Shown here: positions 47,509-56,657 of the stretch, in pieces
Position numbering within the stretch: the stretch's first letter is position 1
How the letters are laid out: every line of letters begins with the position of its first letter
Assembly (NCBI GenBank): GCA_041666205.1
Contig: JBAYHI010000006.1
Span: 1 to 63,377, forward strand
Direction: 5' to 3'
DNA: 63,377 nt
Origin: Patescibacteria group bacterium
GTDB taxonomy: Bacteria > Patescibacteriota > Patescibacteriia > UBA9934
Program-made: the position numbers and the translations under genes
Notes under the pieces: model-generated
Databases searched by the model: none
What the model was told of the DNA's origin: nothing
Seen by the model: only the letters and a program-made list of their open reading frames with translations

Positions 47509-48024
47509 ATGAAACGAACGATGCGACTTCCTCATTTTGATTATTCACAAGATGCAATCTATTTTGTTACATTTTGCACGAAAAATCGTGAACAATTTTT
47601 TGGAAATATCTCAAATCAAATCATGGCGATCTCCGATATCGGAACCATTGTTGAAAATAATTGGCCAACAATCTCAAAACACCGAAACAACGTTATTCTG
47701 CATGATTTCGTTGTGATGCCAAATCATTTTCACGGAATTATTGAAATTCGCAACGAAATCAATTCAATGGACGTTGCACGCAACGTCCCTACGACGAATC
47801 GATATTCGTTCATTTCTCCCAAATCCGGATCGCTTTCTGCAATTATTCGAGCGTTTAAATCATCCTGTTCAAAAGAGATACATCAAGCATTCCCTGAAAT
47901 CACGTTCGATTGGCAACCTCGCTTCTACGAACACATCGTTCGCGATGATGAAGATTTGAATCGAATCAAGGAATACATCGCAAATAATGTGATCGATTGG
48001 GATACGGATGAATTCTTTCTTTAA
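47509..48024 (+). CDS. IS200-like HUH tyrosine transposase homologue (RAYT-like), copy 2
   Basis: YFVTFCT, HUH MPNHFHGIIEI, C-terminal WQPRFYEHIVRDDEDLNRIKEYIANN. Contains one in-frame class-1 REP. Confidence 0.75.
   Translation: MKRTMRLPHFDYSQDAIYFVTFCTKNREQFFGNISNQIMAISDIGTIVENNWPTISKHRNNVILHDFVVMPNHFHGIIEIRNEINSMDVARNVPTTNRYSFISPKSGSLSAIIRAFKSSCSKEIHQAFPEITFDWQPRFYEHIVRDDEDLNRIKEYIANNVIDWDTDEFFL
47769..47792. repeat. class-1 REP palindrome inside RAYT-like ORF 2
   Basis: GGACGTTGCACGCAACGTCCCTAC, translated as MDVARNVPT. Confidence 0.8.
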
Positions 48025-48113
48025 GACAAGTTCCTATTCCTCCCTGTTCATAACTTCTTGCATCCCACGCTGTAGCCGATAAACTGTTTGTACTTAAGCA
48101 TTATCCCAGTCTT

Positions 48114-49283
48114 ATGAGAACGAAACACTATATTTCCTTGGTGATTCTCTCGGTCGTGGTTATTTTTGGTGGGCTGTATCTTTCCATGACAAACCCAGCC
48201 AATATCCCGGTTGAAGAAACACCAGTGATTTCGGAGGAACCGAAAACCCCGACCGTTGTGCTTTTGGAGGAGCTTGGAACCACGGTTCCAGCTGAATGGA
48301 GCGCTGTAAAGGATAATTCGCTTGCGTGGAATATTGAGCGCGGTGGGAAAATCGAGGCCATTACCCTTGAGGGAAAAATGACCAAGAGCGCCACCGTGAC
48401 TATGAACCAACTCGCTGGCGTAAAAACCTACCTGGCGCAAAAAGGATTTCAACCGAATTTGCAAAACGTTGCAAACGGTACGCTCTTGAATGTTGAAGGA
48501 TACCAGGCTGGACTAATTGTGTGTTCAGTCGCATCTGAAGTTTCCGAAATCCTCGAGAACGCTGATGTACCTGAAGTGTTCGTCAAAGTAATTTGCGGTG
48601 AACTCAAGGGTGACGAGACACAGATTCCTCTTGCCGAAGTGCTCGCAGCTCCAGTTCAAAACATCGAAATGGAGATTGTTGGAACGATTGGAGAAATGGA
48701 AACCTGCGTTGGCAAGTGTTTTGTCCTTACCGACGGAGAGAGCAAAATCAAAACGCTTTATGGCGATATGATTCTTGAAAGCGAGCAATGGCCCGATCTT
48801 GATGTAACAGCATTGAAAGACAGCGACAGGGTGATTGTTCAAGGACAACTGAAAACCGGCCAGTTGGGTGAAATGAAACTCTGGGCAAAAATGATTACAA
48901 AAGTTGTCGAGGAAGTAGCACCAGTTGCTATGGCCAATCCTGCATCCACCAATTGCGCAACGCTTGGAGGCAATTCAACGAATTTGAAATCTCCCGAGGG
49001 TGACGCTGGGTATTGCGTCTTCGCAGATGGTCGTATTTGCGAAGAATGGGCACTGTTCCAAACATCTGTTTGTAATCCTCCCACGATCCCCTATGCATCT
49101 GCAGACAGCTGTGCCTTTGCGTGCGAACTCAATGAAAGCACACCCATGACCGGTGAATGTAAATGGGATACGGAAGTGGAAGACGGAGATGTGGTGGCCG
49201 GCGCTTGCCAAATCACAAATTCACGCCATTGTGGCGTATTTGGCCAGTGCACGTGCTATTGCCATCCAATATCGACGCCGTAG
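48114..49283 (+). CDS. membrane-anchored secreted protein with a DUF333-like module and a Cys-rich C-terminus
   Basis: N-terminal TM segment. NPASTNCATLGG...GYCVFADGRICEEWALF resembles DUF333. The last 70 aa contain 8 Cys. Confidence 0.55.
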   Translation: MRTKHYISLVILSVVVIFGGLYLSMTNPANIPVEETPVISEEPKTPTVVLLEELGTTVPAEWSAVKDNSLAWNIERGGKIEAITLEGKMTKSATVTMNQLAGVKTYLAQKGFQPNLQNVANGTLLNVEGYQAGLIVCSVASEVSEILENADVPEVFVKVICGELKGDETQIPLAEVLAAPVQNIEMEIVGTIGEMETCVGKCFVLTDGESKIKTLYGDMILESEQWPDLDVTALKDSDRVIVQGQLKTGQLGEMKLWAKMITKVVEEVAPVAMANPASTNCATLGGNSTNLKSPEGDAGYCVFADGRICEEWALFQTSVCNPPTIPYASADSCAFACELNESTPMTGECKWDTEVEDGDVVAGACQITNSRHCGVFGQCTCYCHPISTP

Positions 49284-49295
49284 AAAAACAAATAT

Positions 49296-49322
49296 AAAAC
49301 CGCCCCGTGAAGGGCGGTTTTT
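49296..49322. terminator. bidirectional terminator between convergent genes
   Basis: aaaaccgccc-cgtgaa-gggcggttttt. Confidence 0.7.
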
Positions 49323-49901
49323 CTAATCCTCTAGCTTGAGTACTTCTTTTATTTTTTGTCTTGTATCTGCTAGAACTTCGAGCACAAGATGGGTATCGTG
49401 TTTGAGCTTCTTTGTCTCCTCATCCCCTTCTCCAATGCCAATATCCCCTGTATAGAGCGGGCAATTCTCAAAGGCGATATTCTCAACTATTCTATCCCCG
49501 GCATTTTTCCTTTCTGCTGGTTTTTTCGATAGATCTGTTAGTACACGTTCAAGAAATGCACGATATTCCTCATTTTGAATTTCCGATAAAACGCTCTTGA
49601 GTTTATCAATTACTTCGCTAGCTAACTGCTCAACTGCTTCCTGATATTCTTTTCCACGCTCATGATAAGCCAACATATGCGCACGATATGCTTCGTTCTC
49701 AGCAAGATCTCTTTCACGCCCTTGTAAACCTTCTCGCATATTTGACCATGCATCTTCTTGTGCACGATATTCTTCTGATTTTGGGGCGACGAATTTCTCG
49801 GCCTCCTGCTCCCCAGGACCTGATGGAATTTCTCTCATATTTGAAACGTTAATTTCTATCATTCTATCATAAAAGGCCCGATGTCGGGCCTTTCTTGTCA
49901 A
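49323..49901 (-). CDS. acidic coiled-coil hypothetical protein
   Basis: 192-aa ORF rich in E/K/R. No motif recognised. Confidence 0.45.
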   Translation of the reverse strand: MTRKARHRAFYDRMIEINVSNMREIPSGPGEQEAEKFVAPKSEEYRAQEDAWSNMREGLQGRERDLAENEAYRAHMLAYHERGKEYQEAVEQLASEVIDKLKSVLSEIQNEEYRAFLERVLTDLSKKPAERKNAGDRIVENIAFENCPLYTGDIGIGEGDEETKKLKHDTHLVLEVLADTRQKIKEVLKLED

Positions 49902-49905
49902 GAAC

Positions 49906-50592
49906 CTATTGCTGATCCTTTGAGGTTAAATCTTTCTTGATGTAATCGAGCATGCGCGCTGCATGATCTTTTCCGCCAAGTCCAAATGCCAAACCGCCAG
50001 CAATCGCAATCATTGCAACAAATCCTGTGAAAAGCGTTTCAATGAGCGATTCGGCAATCCCCAACTGCACAAGCGCTGCCATAATGCTAAAAACAATGAT
50101 GGACCACTTGGCAATGCCCGAAATAAACCCGGCGCTCATCATTTTCGCAGCTTCAAGCGAAGCACTCACCACTTTCTGCACTACGTTTCCAAGCACCAAC
50201 CCAACCAACATAATGATGACGGCAATGAGAACGCTTGGAATATAGGAAACAACGTTTGTGAGGAAAAGCGTAATCTCATCCCATCCCAAGGTGTCCGCGC
50301 CAATAATCAAGGCAAGGATAATCACAAACCACTTTGCAATCCAGCCCAAAATGACGCCAAAGTCCATATTGAGCCCAATGCGGTTGAAAATTTGGCGAAT
50401 CTCAAGTTTTTCTAAGAGTTCATCCAACTTGAGCATTTTGGAAAGACGAATAATAGCTGTTTCTAGAACGCTCGCAATGAGAAGGCCAAGAAGAAAAATA
50501 ACGATTGCAAGAACGATGCGAGGCAAAATCTCGATTGCGGATGCCCACAAGTCCACGAATGTGGCTCGGAGCACGTCAACGTAATCTGGCAT
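49906..50592 (-). CDS. membrane protein with conserved TM-helix repeats (mechanosensitive-channel-related TM_helix family-like)
   Basis: Repeated helix pattern, 228 aa. Family guess is from memory. Confidence 0.5.
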   Translation of the reverse strand: MPDYVDVLRATFVDLWASAIEILPRIVLAIVIFLLGLLIASVLETAIIRLSKMLKLDELLEKLEIRQIFNRIGLNMDFGVILGWIAKWFVIILALIIGADTLGWDEITLFLTNVVSYIPSVLIAVIIMLVGLVLGNVVQKVVSASLEAAKMMSAGFISGIAKWSIIVFSIMAALVQLGIAESLIETLFTGFVAMIAIAGGLAFGLGGKDHAARMLDYIKKDLTSKDQQ

Positions 50593-50603
50593 AAATAAAT
50601 CGA

Positions 50604-51041
50604 TTAAGAATTAGAAGCCATAGGGCGTCCTAACTGGTCCTTATTGGACGCAGTAATTTGTGGCCCTTGGCTATATTTTGGTTCTAAATATATTTGGTGT
50701 TCAGCGCTACCCTGTTCTTTTTGCGTATATGTGTTCAACGCATCTTCATCGGATTGTTCAGCGGTTTTCTCAATCCCGTGAAGCGCAATTTTGCGAACAA
50801 AGTGCCAGGTATTTGCAATCGAGATTGAGGCACGCAAAGACGTGGCAGATCCCGGCCCCACCACGATGAAGATGGATTCGACGTCTTCAATCGATTTCTG
50901 TTGTGCATGCAAAAATCCATCGATCGTTTTCAAAAATTGCTCAGGCGAAACATCAAACGATTCAAATTGCCATGTGCCCTCGTTTTCTTTACATCCAAGG
51001 GTTAAATGCGCAATATCAGAACCGTTTAGATAGAGCATCAT
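50604..51041 (-). CDS. tsaB: minimal TsaB-like protein (t6A biosynthesis, N-terminal half only)
   Basis: IFIVVGPGSATSLRASISIANT matches the GPGSFTGLRIG motif. 145 aa against about 230 typical. Confidence 0.5.
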   Translation of the reverse strand: MMLYLNGSDIAHLTLGCKENEGTWQFESFDVSPEQFLKTIDGFLHAQQKSIEDVESIFIVVGPGSATSLRASISIANTWHFVRKIALHGIEKTAEQSDEDALNTYTQKEQGSAEHQIYLEPKYSQGPQITASNKDQLGRPMASNS

Positions 51042-51715
51042 ATTTTTTCGTCGATTTCATTTACGAGTAGAACGTGTTCAGCCTGCAAGATCGAGGATAG
51101 AAATCGATCCTTCACTTCTTTGCGGTACACGAATTCCTCCCGAGGCATATAGGTATAATTGACCTCATGCCCAATTTGAGCTTCAAATGTTTCAATATCT
51201 TTTTGTAATTTTTTCGTGTCGAGCGTTCCCACAACAAGTACATCGGTTGGCACATTCTTTGCATCAATAAACTGGCCTGTGAGTAAAAGAAGATCAAGTC
51301 GACCATGTGCCTTGAGGTCTTGAACAAGTTGCTTGTGCATGAGAACTGAGGATTTTTTCATGATCCCGCGGAGCTCTTCAAAAAAGGCAAAATCCGTATT
51401 GGCCTTGTAGTACTTTTTCTTATCTGCAGATTTGCCAGACCCATCTTTTTTTTCATTTGGCAGAATCGTGCCTTCTACTTCCAAAATGATTCCAATATCG
51501 ATTAAATTCTGCAATTCTCGACGCACGGAGTTCAGTTGCGCATCAATGCGACGCGTGAGTTCTCGCACATAAAATGAACGATCCGTATGCTCCAAGAGCA
51601 AGCGTAAAAGTCGCACGCGCGTGGTTGACCCAAAGAGTTGCTCAAGCCGAAAATCCGCTGAGGTTTGCATGACCGATTCCGGGAGTTCCAACTCCTCTTT
51701 TACTTGTTTTGACAT
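51038..51715 (-). CDS. winged-helix (ArsR-like) DNA-binding protein with a C-terminal domain of unknown function
   Basis: LFGSTTRVRLLRLLLEHTDRSFYVRELTRRIDAQLNSVRRELQNL. Start trimmed to MSKQVKE (51715). Confidence 0.55.
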   Translation of the reverse strand: MSKQVKEELELPESVMQTSADFRLEQLFGSTTRVRLLRLLLEHTDRSFYVRELTRRIDAQLNSVRRELQNLIDIGIILEVEGTILPNEKKDGSGKSADKKKYYKANTDFAFFEELRGIMKKSSVLMHKQLVQDLKAHGRLDLLLLTGQFIDAKNVPTDVLVVGTLDTKKLQKDIETFEAQIGHEVNYTYMPREEFVYRKEVKDRFLSSILQAEHVLLVNEIDEKI

Positions 51716-51816
51716 AGGAGAGTACAAATAGTGTTCAAGCTCCTCGCCACCCCCTATTGCACGAGATACAATTAGTGTAAAATGGAACCGCAAATCCGTA
51801 AAGGGCAAACACTGCT

Positions 51817-53979
51817 ATGTCCGAGCTCACCATCAAGTCCGCAGAACAGAACTCTCAACCAGAAAAGCCAAATTGCGTGCTCAAAACCACGCTTCTCCCC
51901 CTGGCAAATGGAACTGGTTCTGTTTTTGGATTAACACGCATCTTAGGGAAACCCGATGAAAAGCGTGAGCGCATTGCGGAAATCATCAATGAAGGGCTTG
52001 CAAAACTTGCGCAAGACATGCAAGGGGAAGCCAATCCTGCCCGACGCTTCGAGCAAGCTCTCCAGTTCATTAACGAGGATTTGGGGCAATTTATGTCCCA
52101 GAATACTCCCATGTCGCTCACAGAATTTCACTCAGTGATTGGGATTGTGGCTAACCGTCAGATTTATTTGTCAGGCAGTGGAAAGCTCATGACGCTTTTC
52201 ATGCATCAAACCGGCAAAAAGCGTTTCGTGATCTACGAACTCGATGAGCAATTCGAGCCACCCGAGGAGCGCAATTGGCAAAAACCATTTTTAACCGTGC
52301 TCGACGGCGAAATGAATGCGGGCGACATCTTCTATTTGGCAACACGCGTTCCGGCTCGCGAGTGCACCTTGCAAGATTTGCAAGAAATTCTTGTTACACT
52401 TCCCCCATCGGGTGCACTGAAACGCATCCAGCAACATGTGAGTTTTGGCGAATCCTACGGTGGAGTTACGTTTCAAGTAGCGGATCTTGTGCCATCTGGG
52501 CCACCCATGAAAGAAAATCCTATAACGTCGCTCGATCAGTTCAGTGAAACTCAAAACAAAACCGCCTCAATTCTTGGTGAACAAACTCCCAATATTCGAA
52601 AATCCATTGAAAAACTTACGGCCCCGCTCCTCAAGCTCTTCCCCTCTTCCAGTTCTCGCGGAGCAAAAAGTACGCTCATTTTCATTCTTCAAATCATTGT
52701 AAAACTCATTGCCCTCATTTTCGTGCTGATTTTGGCAGGATTGCGATTTCTTATTCGAGGGATTGCCATTGCATTCAAAGCAATTTATAAGCTTGTTCGC
52801 GACCGAGAACGAAAAGATGCACTCAAGGAAAAACTCAGTAAATTCTGGAAACGCATCAAATATCTTCCTCCCCGCAGTCGCTATCTTGCGGCAGGCGCGC
52901 TCGTGACGCTGCTCATTTTAATTGGAGGCGCCAATTATCTGCATCATCAAAAAGACCTCAAAAAAGCCGATGAAGCATTCGAGGTGATTGCAACGCGTAT
53001 TGATGAGAAAACCGATGAAGCCGAAGCACGCCTCATCTACGACGATACTGCGCAAGCGCGAACACTCTTGAATGACGCTACAACCCTTCTTGCATCGCTC
53101 CCCACTGGCACGGACGCCCAAAAAACTCGCAAAGCAGAATACGAATCTCAAATTCAAACTATTCTTGATTCCATTCGCCAATCAACCCCTGTAACGCAAA
53201 CGCTCCTTGCGGATATGGGCGTGCAAGACGCCACAAAACAATTTGTGCTCTCATCGGAAGCTGGTGACGTAGTTTATGGCATAACGTCCGCGAGCGAGCT
53301 TTATCGTCTCAATGAGTTATCCTTAGTTTTCGAGCCAATCACCACCACAAATGGAAGCATCGGCTACCCAGTTCGCGCAACCGGATCAGGAAGCAATCTT
53401 TTGTTTGTAGACCCGACGCGTAATCTTGGCAAAATTGATCCAACCAATAAAACCATCAATCCTGTTACCAGTGGCGCACCTAATTTGCAGGCGATTGACG
53501 CGATTACGCTCTACAACGACAATCTCTACGTTTTGAACTCGAGTGCCGAGCAGATCATTAAGATGCGACCACAAGGAGAAGGGTATGACGCAGGCACCAA
53601 TTGGATCATCACCAAGAACTCGAGCCTGGCCAATGCGCGCGATCTCACGATTGACGGCGACGTCTTTGTGCTCACAAGCGCGGGCATTGTGCGGTTCACA
53701 TCCGGTCGTGAAGTGAGCTTTCCTCTTGGGACGTTGGAACCAGCGCTTAAGAACCCACGTGAAATTTGGACAACGGTTGGAACCGATTACCTCTATATTC
53801 TCGATGCGGGTGAATCTCGTGTAATCGTATACAAAAAAGACGGCACCTTGGTTGCCCAATATACCGCCGCAGAACTTGGCAATGCCATTAGCTTCACGGT
53901 GCGCGAAGCGTCACGCACAATTCTTTTCAGCACCGCAACCGCGGTTTACTCATTCCCAGCCTCACACCTCGTTCAATAA
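51817..53979 (+). CDS. 720-aa membrane protein: cytoplasmic N-domain, two central TM helices, beta-propeller-like C-domain
   Basis: TM segments near aa 285-320 and 350-372. The C-terminal LYVLNSSAEQII / YLYILDAGESRVIVY strand repeats are NHL-like. Transcribed divergently from the wHTH gene. Confidence 0.55.
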   Translation: MSELTIKSAEQNSQPEKPNCVLKTTLLPLANGTGSVFGLTRILGKPDEKRERIAEIINEGLAKLAQDMQGEANPARRFEQALQFINEDLGQFMSQNTPMSLTEFHSVIGIVANRQIYLSGSGKLMTLFMHQTGKKRFVIYELDEQFEPPEERNWQKPFLTVLDGEMNAGDIFYLATRVPARECTLQDLQEILVTLPPSGALKRIQQHVSFGESYGGVTFQVADLVPSGPPMKENPITSLDQFSETQNKTASILGEQTPNIRKSIEKLTAPLLKLFPSSSSRGAKSTLIFILQIIVKLIALIFVLILAGLRFLIRGIAIAFKAIYKLVRDRERKDALKEKLSKFWKRIKYLPPRSRYLAAGALVTLLILIGGANYLHHQKDLKKADEAFEVIATRIDEKTDEAEARLIYDDTAQARTLLNDATTLLASLPTGTDAQKTRKAEYESQIQTILDSIRQSTPVTQTLLADMGVQDATKQFVLSSEAGDVVYGITSASELYRLNELSLVFEPITTTNGSIGYPVRATGSGSNLLFVDPTRNLGKIDPTNKTINPVTSGAPNLQAIDAITLYNDNLYVLNSSAEQIIKMRPQGEGYDAGTNWIITKNSSLANARDLTIDGDVFVLTSAGIVRFTSGREVSFPLGTLEPALKNPREIWTTVGTDYLYILDAGESRVIVYKKDGTLVAQYTAAELGNAISFTVREASRTILFSTATAVYSFPASHLVQ

Positions 53980-53980
53980 A

Positions 53981-54010
53981 AAATAGCGCCCTTTTCGAGG
54001 CGCTATTTTT
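53981..54010 (+). terminator. intrinsic terminator
   Basis: atagcgcc-cttttcga-ggcgctat followed by TTTT. Confidence 0.7.
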
Positions 54011-54193
54011 ATATCCAAAGCGAAAGACCGGGCTTCAAACATGCTTCAGACGGAAGACATTCTTTACCGTTGCGAAAAGACAGCAGCGGATTTTCACCGC
54101 TTTCCATCGCTTGAACGGCAAAATTTCATCATAAATCCCCGTCAGCGTCAATGATCAAACTCCTGCGGTGGGCGATATTTGAATCCTCTCTTT

Positions 54194-54282
54194 TGTGTCA
54201 TTGCGAGGAGCTCTATGATAATCAGCGACGAAGCAATCTAATCGGATAGATTGCTTCGCCCTTCGGGCTCGCAATGACACAG
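54194..54282. repeat. MITE-like nested palindrome, copy B (reverse orientation of copy A)
   Basis: tgtgtcattgcgaggag...cgaagcaatct-aatcgga-tagattgcttcg...ggctcgcaatgacacag. Confidence 0.8.
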
Positions 54283-54287
54283 GGACA

Positions 54288-54314
54288 ACAAAACAGGGCC
54301 GAAGCCCTGTTTTA
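54288..54314 (-). terminator. terminator of the Cys-rich peptide gene
   Basis: aacagggc-ttcg-gccctgtt followed by TTGTTG on the minus strand. Confidence 0.5.
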
Positions 54315-54322
54315 TATTTGAA

Positions 54323-54487
54323 CTAGACGGTTGGAGCTTCTTCACCCACAACTTCTGGAGCTTCTTCTGCAACAGCTTCGTCACCACACTGGCATTCGTA
54401 TTCTGCCATGCAATCTTGGCACTGGCAGTTACCATTTTCCAATTTCGTAACATTGTCTGAACCACATGCACATGTTTGACATGACAT
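54323..54487 (-). CDS. 54-aa cysteine-rich, metallothionein-like peptide with an acidic tail
   Basis: MSCQTCACGSDNVTKLENGNCQCQDCMAEYECQCGDEAVAEEAPEVVGEEAPTV. 8 Cys in 34 aa, arranged as CxxCxC, CxCxxC and CxC. Start trimmed from the track ORF. Confidence 0.5.
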   Translation of the reverse strand: MSCQTCACGSDNVTKLENGNCQCQDCMAEYECQCGDEAVAEEAPEVVGEEAPTV

Positions 54488-54577
54488 AATTTTTGTCGTT
54501 AATTTCAAAACAAGCCTATTGTCGCAGATTATCCTCGATTGCGCAATCACTTTTCACATCCTGTCAAGAGCGTCATG

Positions 54578-56020
54578 CTACCAACCATTCGAATATGCCT
54601 GGCCCTCGCGATATCCTGCATTCGTTTGTACGCCCACAATCGCATTTTTGTGCAGATCCTCGAGGTTCATGGCGCCCATATACGTGCACGTGCTTCGAAG
54701 TCCGGCAGTAATCCGATCCAAAATATCTTCTGCGCTTTTTTCCCGATCTTTCAAATACATGCGAGATTGGCTAATTCCCTCTTCAAAGAATTCGCGCTTA
54801 GCAACTTCGTAGGCGTCGAGCTTCTCATTACGATTCACGACCGCTCGATGAGAGGCCATGCCATAATTTTCTTTATATTGGCGCCCTTGCTCATCAACTT
54901 GCATATCCGCAGGACTTTCATACGTTCCGGCCCACCACGATCCAAAAAATGCGCACGACGCTCCTGCCGCAATTGCAAGCGATACATCCCGCGGATGTTT
55001 GATCCCTCCATCTGCCCAAACATAGGCACCTTTATTTCGTGCGACTTTAGAAAGTTGATAGACATTCGTAAATTGCGGACGCCCAACGCCGGTCATCATG
55101 CGTGTGGTACACATTGCCCCAGGCCCAATCCCAACCTTGAGAATTGAGGCACCAGCGTCGATAAAATCTGACGCCGCCTGCTCGCTTGCGATATTTCCTG
55201 CAACCAGGGGTCGATACGGCCCCAAGATTTGCCGAGCAAGTTTAATGCTTTCGAGCATGCGCTTTTGATGACCATGCGCGGTATCAAGAACAATCACATC
55301 CACCCCAATTTCCATTAAACGACGAACGCGAGCTTCCACGTCGCGATTAATCCCAACCGCAACCGCAGTCATCAGCTTCCCATGTGAATTCACAGCTGGC
55401 TTATAAATAAACGATCGAAGCACCCCTTTTTTGGTCATTGCTCCAACAAGCACGCCGTCGCGATTCACCACTGGCGCAAACGAAAGCCGACGCGTATGCA
55501 AAAGCTCGAAAATTTCGCGTGGAGTGAAGTGCTCGGGAATGGTGACGACATCTTTTGTCATGGCGTCTTCAAGCGAATGGAAGCGATCGCGTGATTCCCC
55601 GTCAGCCTCGGTAAAAATCCCTACCGGATGATTTGCATCATCGACCACAATCACCCCGCGATGAGCGCGCTTGTAGATGAGATTGAGTGCCGTTTGTACG
55701 GTTTCATCTTTCTTGAGCACAACCGGCGTTTCGTAAACCTGATGGCACGATTGCACATGAGCAACAATTTGTTCCATGCGCTCCAGGGGCATGTCCTGCG
55801 GGAGCACCACAAGCCCTCCTCGACGCGCCACGGTCTCGGCCATACGACGCCCGGCCACGGCAGTCATATTCGCGACCACAATCGGGATCTGCAAGCCTTC
55901 AACGCCCGATGGGCGCAAATCCACGTCCATTCGAGACGTTACCTCGGTATAGCGAGGCATTAAGAACACGTCTTCGTAGGTAAGCTCTTTATGTTCGTCT
56001 TCGGCATGAAGAAATTGCAT
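54578..56020 (-). CDS. guaB: inosine-5'-monophosphate dehydrogenase
   Basis: GIGPGAMCTTRMMTGVGRPQ active-site loop, a CBS pair, GGIKHPRDV. Confidence 0.9.
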   Translation of the reverse strand: MQFLHAEDEHKELTYEDVFLMPRYTEVTSRMDVDLRPSGVEGLQIPIVVANMTAVAGRRMAETVARRGGLVVLPQDMPLERMEQIVAHVQSCHQVYETPVVLKKDETVQTALNLIYKRAHRGVIVVDDANHPVGIFTEADGESRDRFHSLEDAMTKDVVTIPEHFTPREIFELLHTRRLSFAPVVNRDGVLVGAMTKKGVLRSFIYKPAVNSHGKLMTAVAVGINRDVEARVRRLMEIGVDVIVLDTAHGHQKRMLESIKLARQILGPYRPLVAGNIASEQAASDFIDAGASILKVGIGPGAMCTTRMMTGVGRPQFTNVYQLSKVARNKGAYVWADGGIKHPRDVSLAIAAGASCAFFGSWWAGTYESPADMQVDEQGRQYKENYGMASHRAVVNRNEKLDAYEVAKREFFEEGISQSRMYLKDREKSAEDILDRITAGLRSTCTYMGAMNLEDLHKNAIVGVQTNAGYREGQAYSNGW

Positions 56021-56097
56021 GAAATGGTTGTTAAAGCCTTGTTCATTTTATAGTCATTCTATTTTTGCACAAATCACTTACCCACAGAAAACACGAA

Positions 56098-56127
56098 GTC
56101 CCGCCACCCCAGTTCAGGGCGCGGGAC
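56098..56127 (-). terminator. terminator of cassette E2
   Basis: gtcccgc...gcgggac 7-bp stem followed by ttcgtgttttc on the minus strand. Confidence 0.5.
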
Positions 56128-56142
56128 AGAAGGACGGTGGAA

Positions 56143-56553
56143 CTACGGCGAAGACGGGTAGGTGAGGTGGACGATCTTCACGTCTGGGAAGAGGATCTCG
56201 ATGGCCTCACGAAGCGGTGAGCACTTCGAGCAACTGCAGCCGTCCCTGCAGTCGCAGACGAACGCCACATTCTGCATGCGGGAGTCGAAGATCTCCTTCG
56301 CGTCGACGTTGTGCTCGATCAGTCTCCGGAGGATCGTATCTGCGGAAACACGAGCGTCCGCAAATGCTTCCCGGAGCCACTCCCCATCCGTATATTCTGC
56401 CTCCATCGCTTCCGAGTCGATCACGCCCGCGAGCGAATCCGGACTCCTCACGTCTGCGTACATCCCCACCACCATGTCGATATCGCATTCGAGGCGAAGC
56501 CATCTTCCCAGCCCCGGTTCGGTACGAGCACTCACGAAGAATGCGTTTCGCAT
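56143..56553 (-). CDS. G+C-rich hypothetical protein E2 (136 aa) with a CDCRDGCSCSKC cluster
   Basis: AGGAG lies 7 nt before the ATG at 56553. The track ORF 56143-57108 is a run-on of this frame. Has its own promoter and terminator. Confidence 0.6.
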   Translation of the reverse strand: MRNAFFVSARTEPGLGRWLRLECDIDMVVGMYADVRSPDSLAGVIDSEAMEAEYTDGEWLREAFADARVSADTILRRLIEHNVDAKEIFDSRMQNVAFVCDCRDGCSCSKCSPLREAIEILFPDVKIVHLTYPSSP

Positions 56554-56581
56554 AACTCTTCTCCTGGTGAAAGTCAGCGTT

Positions 56582-56610
56582 ATCCTATTGAATTCCTGAC
56601 GATTTTGCAA
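56582..56610 (-). promoter_or_regulatory. promoter of E2
   Basis: TTGCAAAATCGtCagGAATtcaaTAGGATAA. 25 of 31 nt are identical to the E1 promoter. Confidence 0.55.
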
Positions 56611-56615
56611 ATGCG

Positions 56616-56639
56616 AAAGCCCGCCTGTGAAGGGCGGGC
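56616..56639 (-). terminator. terminator of cassette E1
   Basis: gcccgcc-cttcaca-ggcgggc followed by TTTCGCATTT. Confidence 0.5.
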
Positions 56640-56657
56640 CAGGAGACGCGACGGTGA

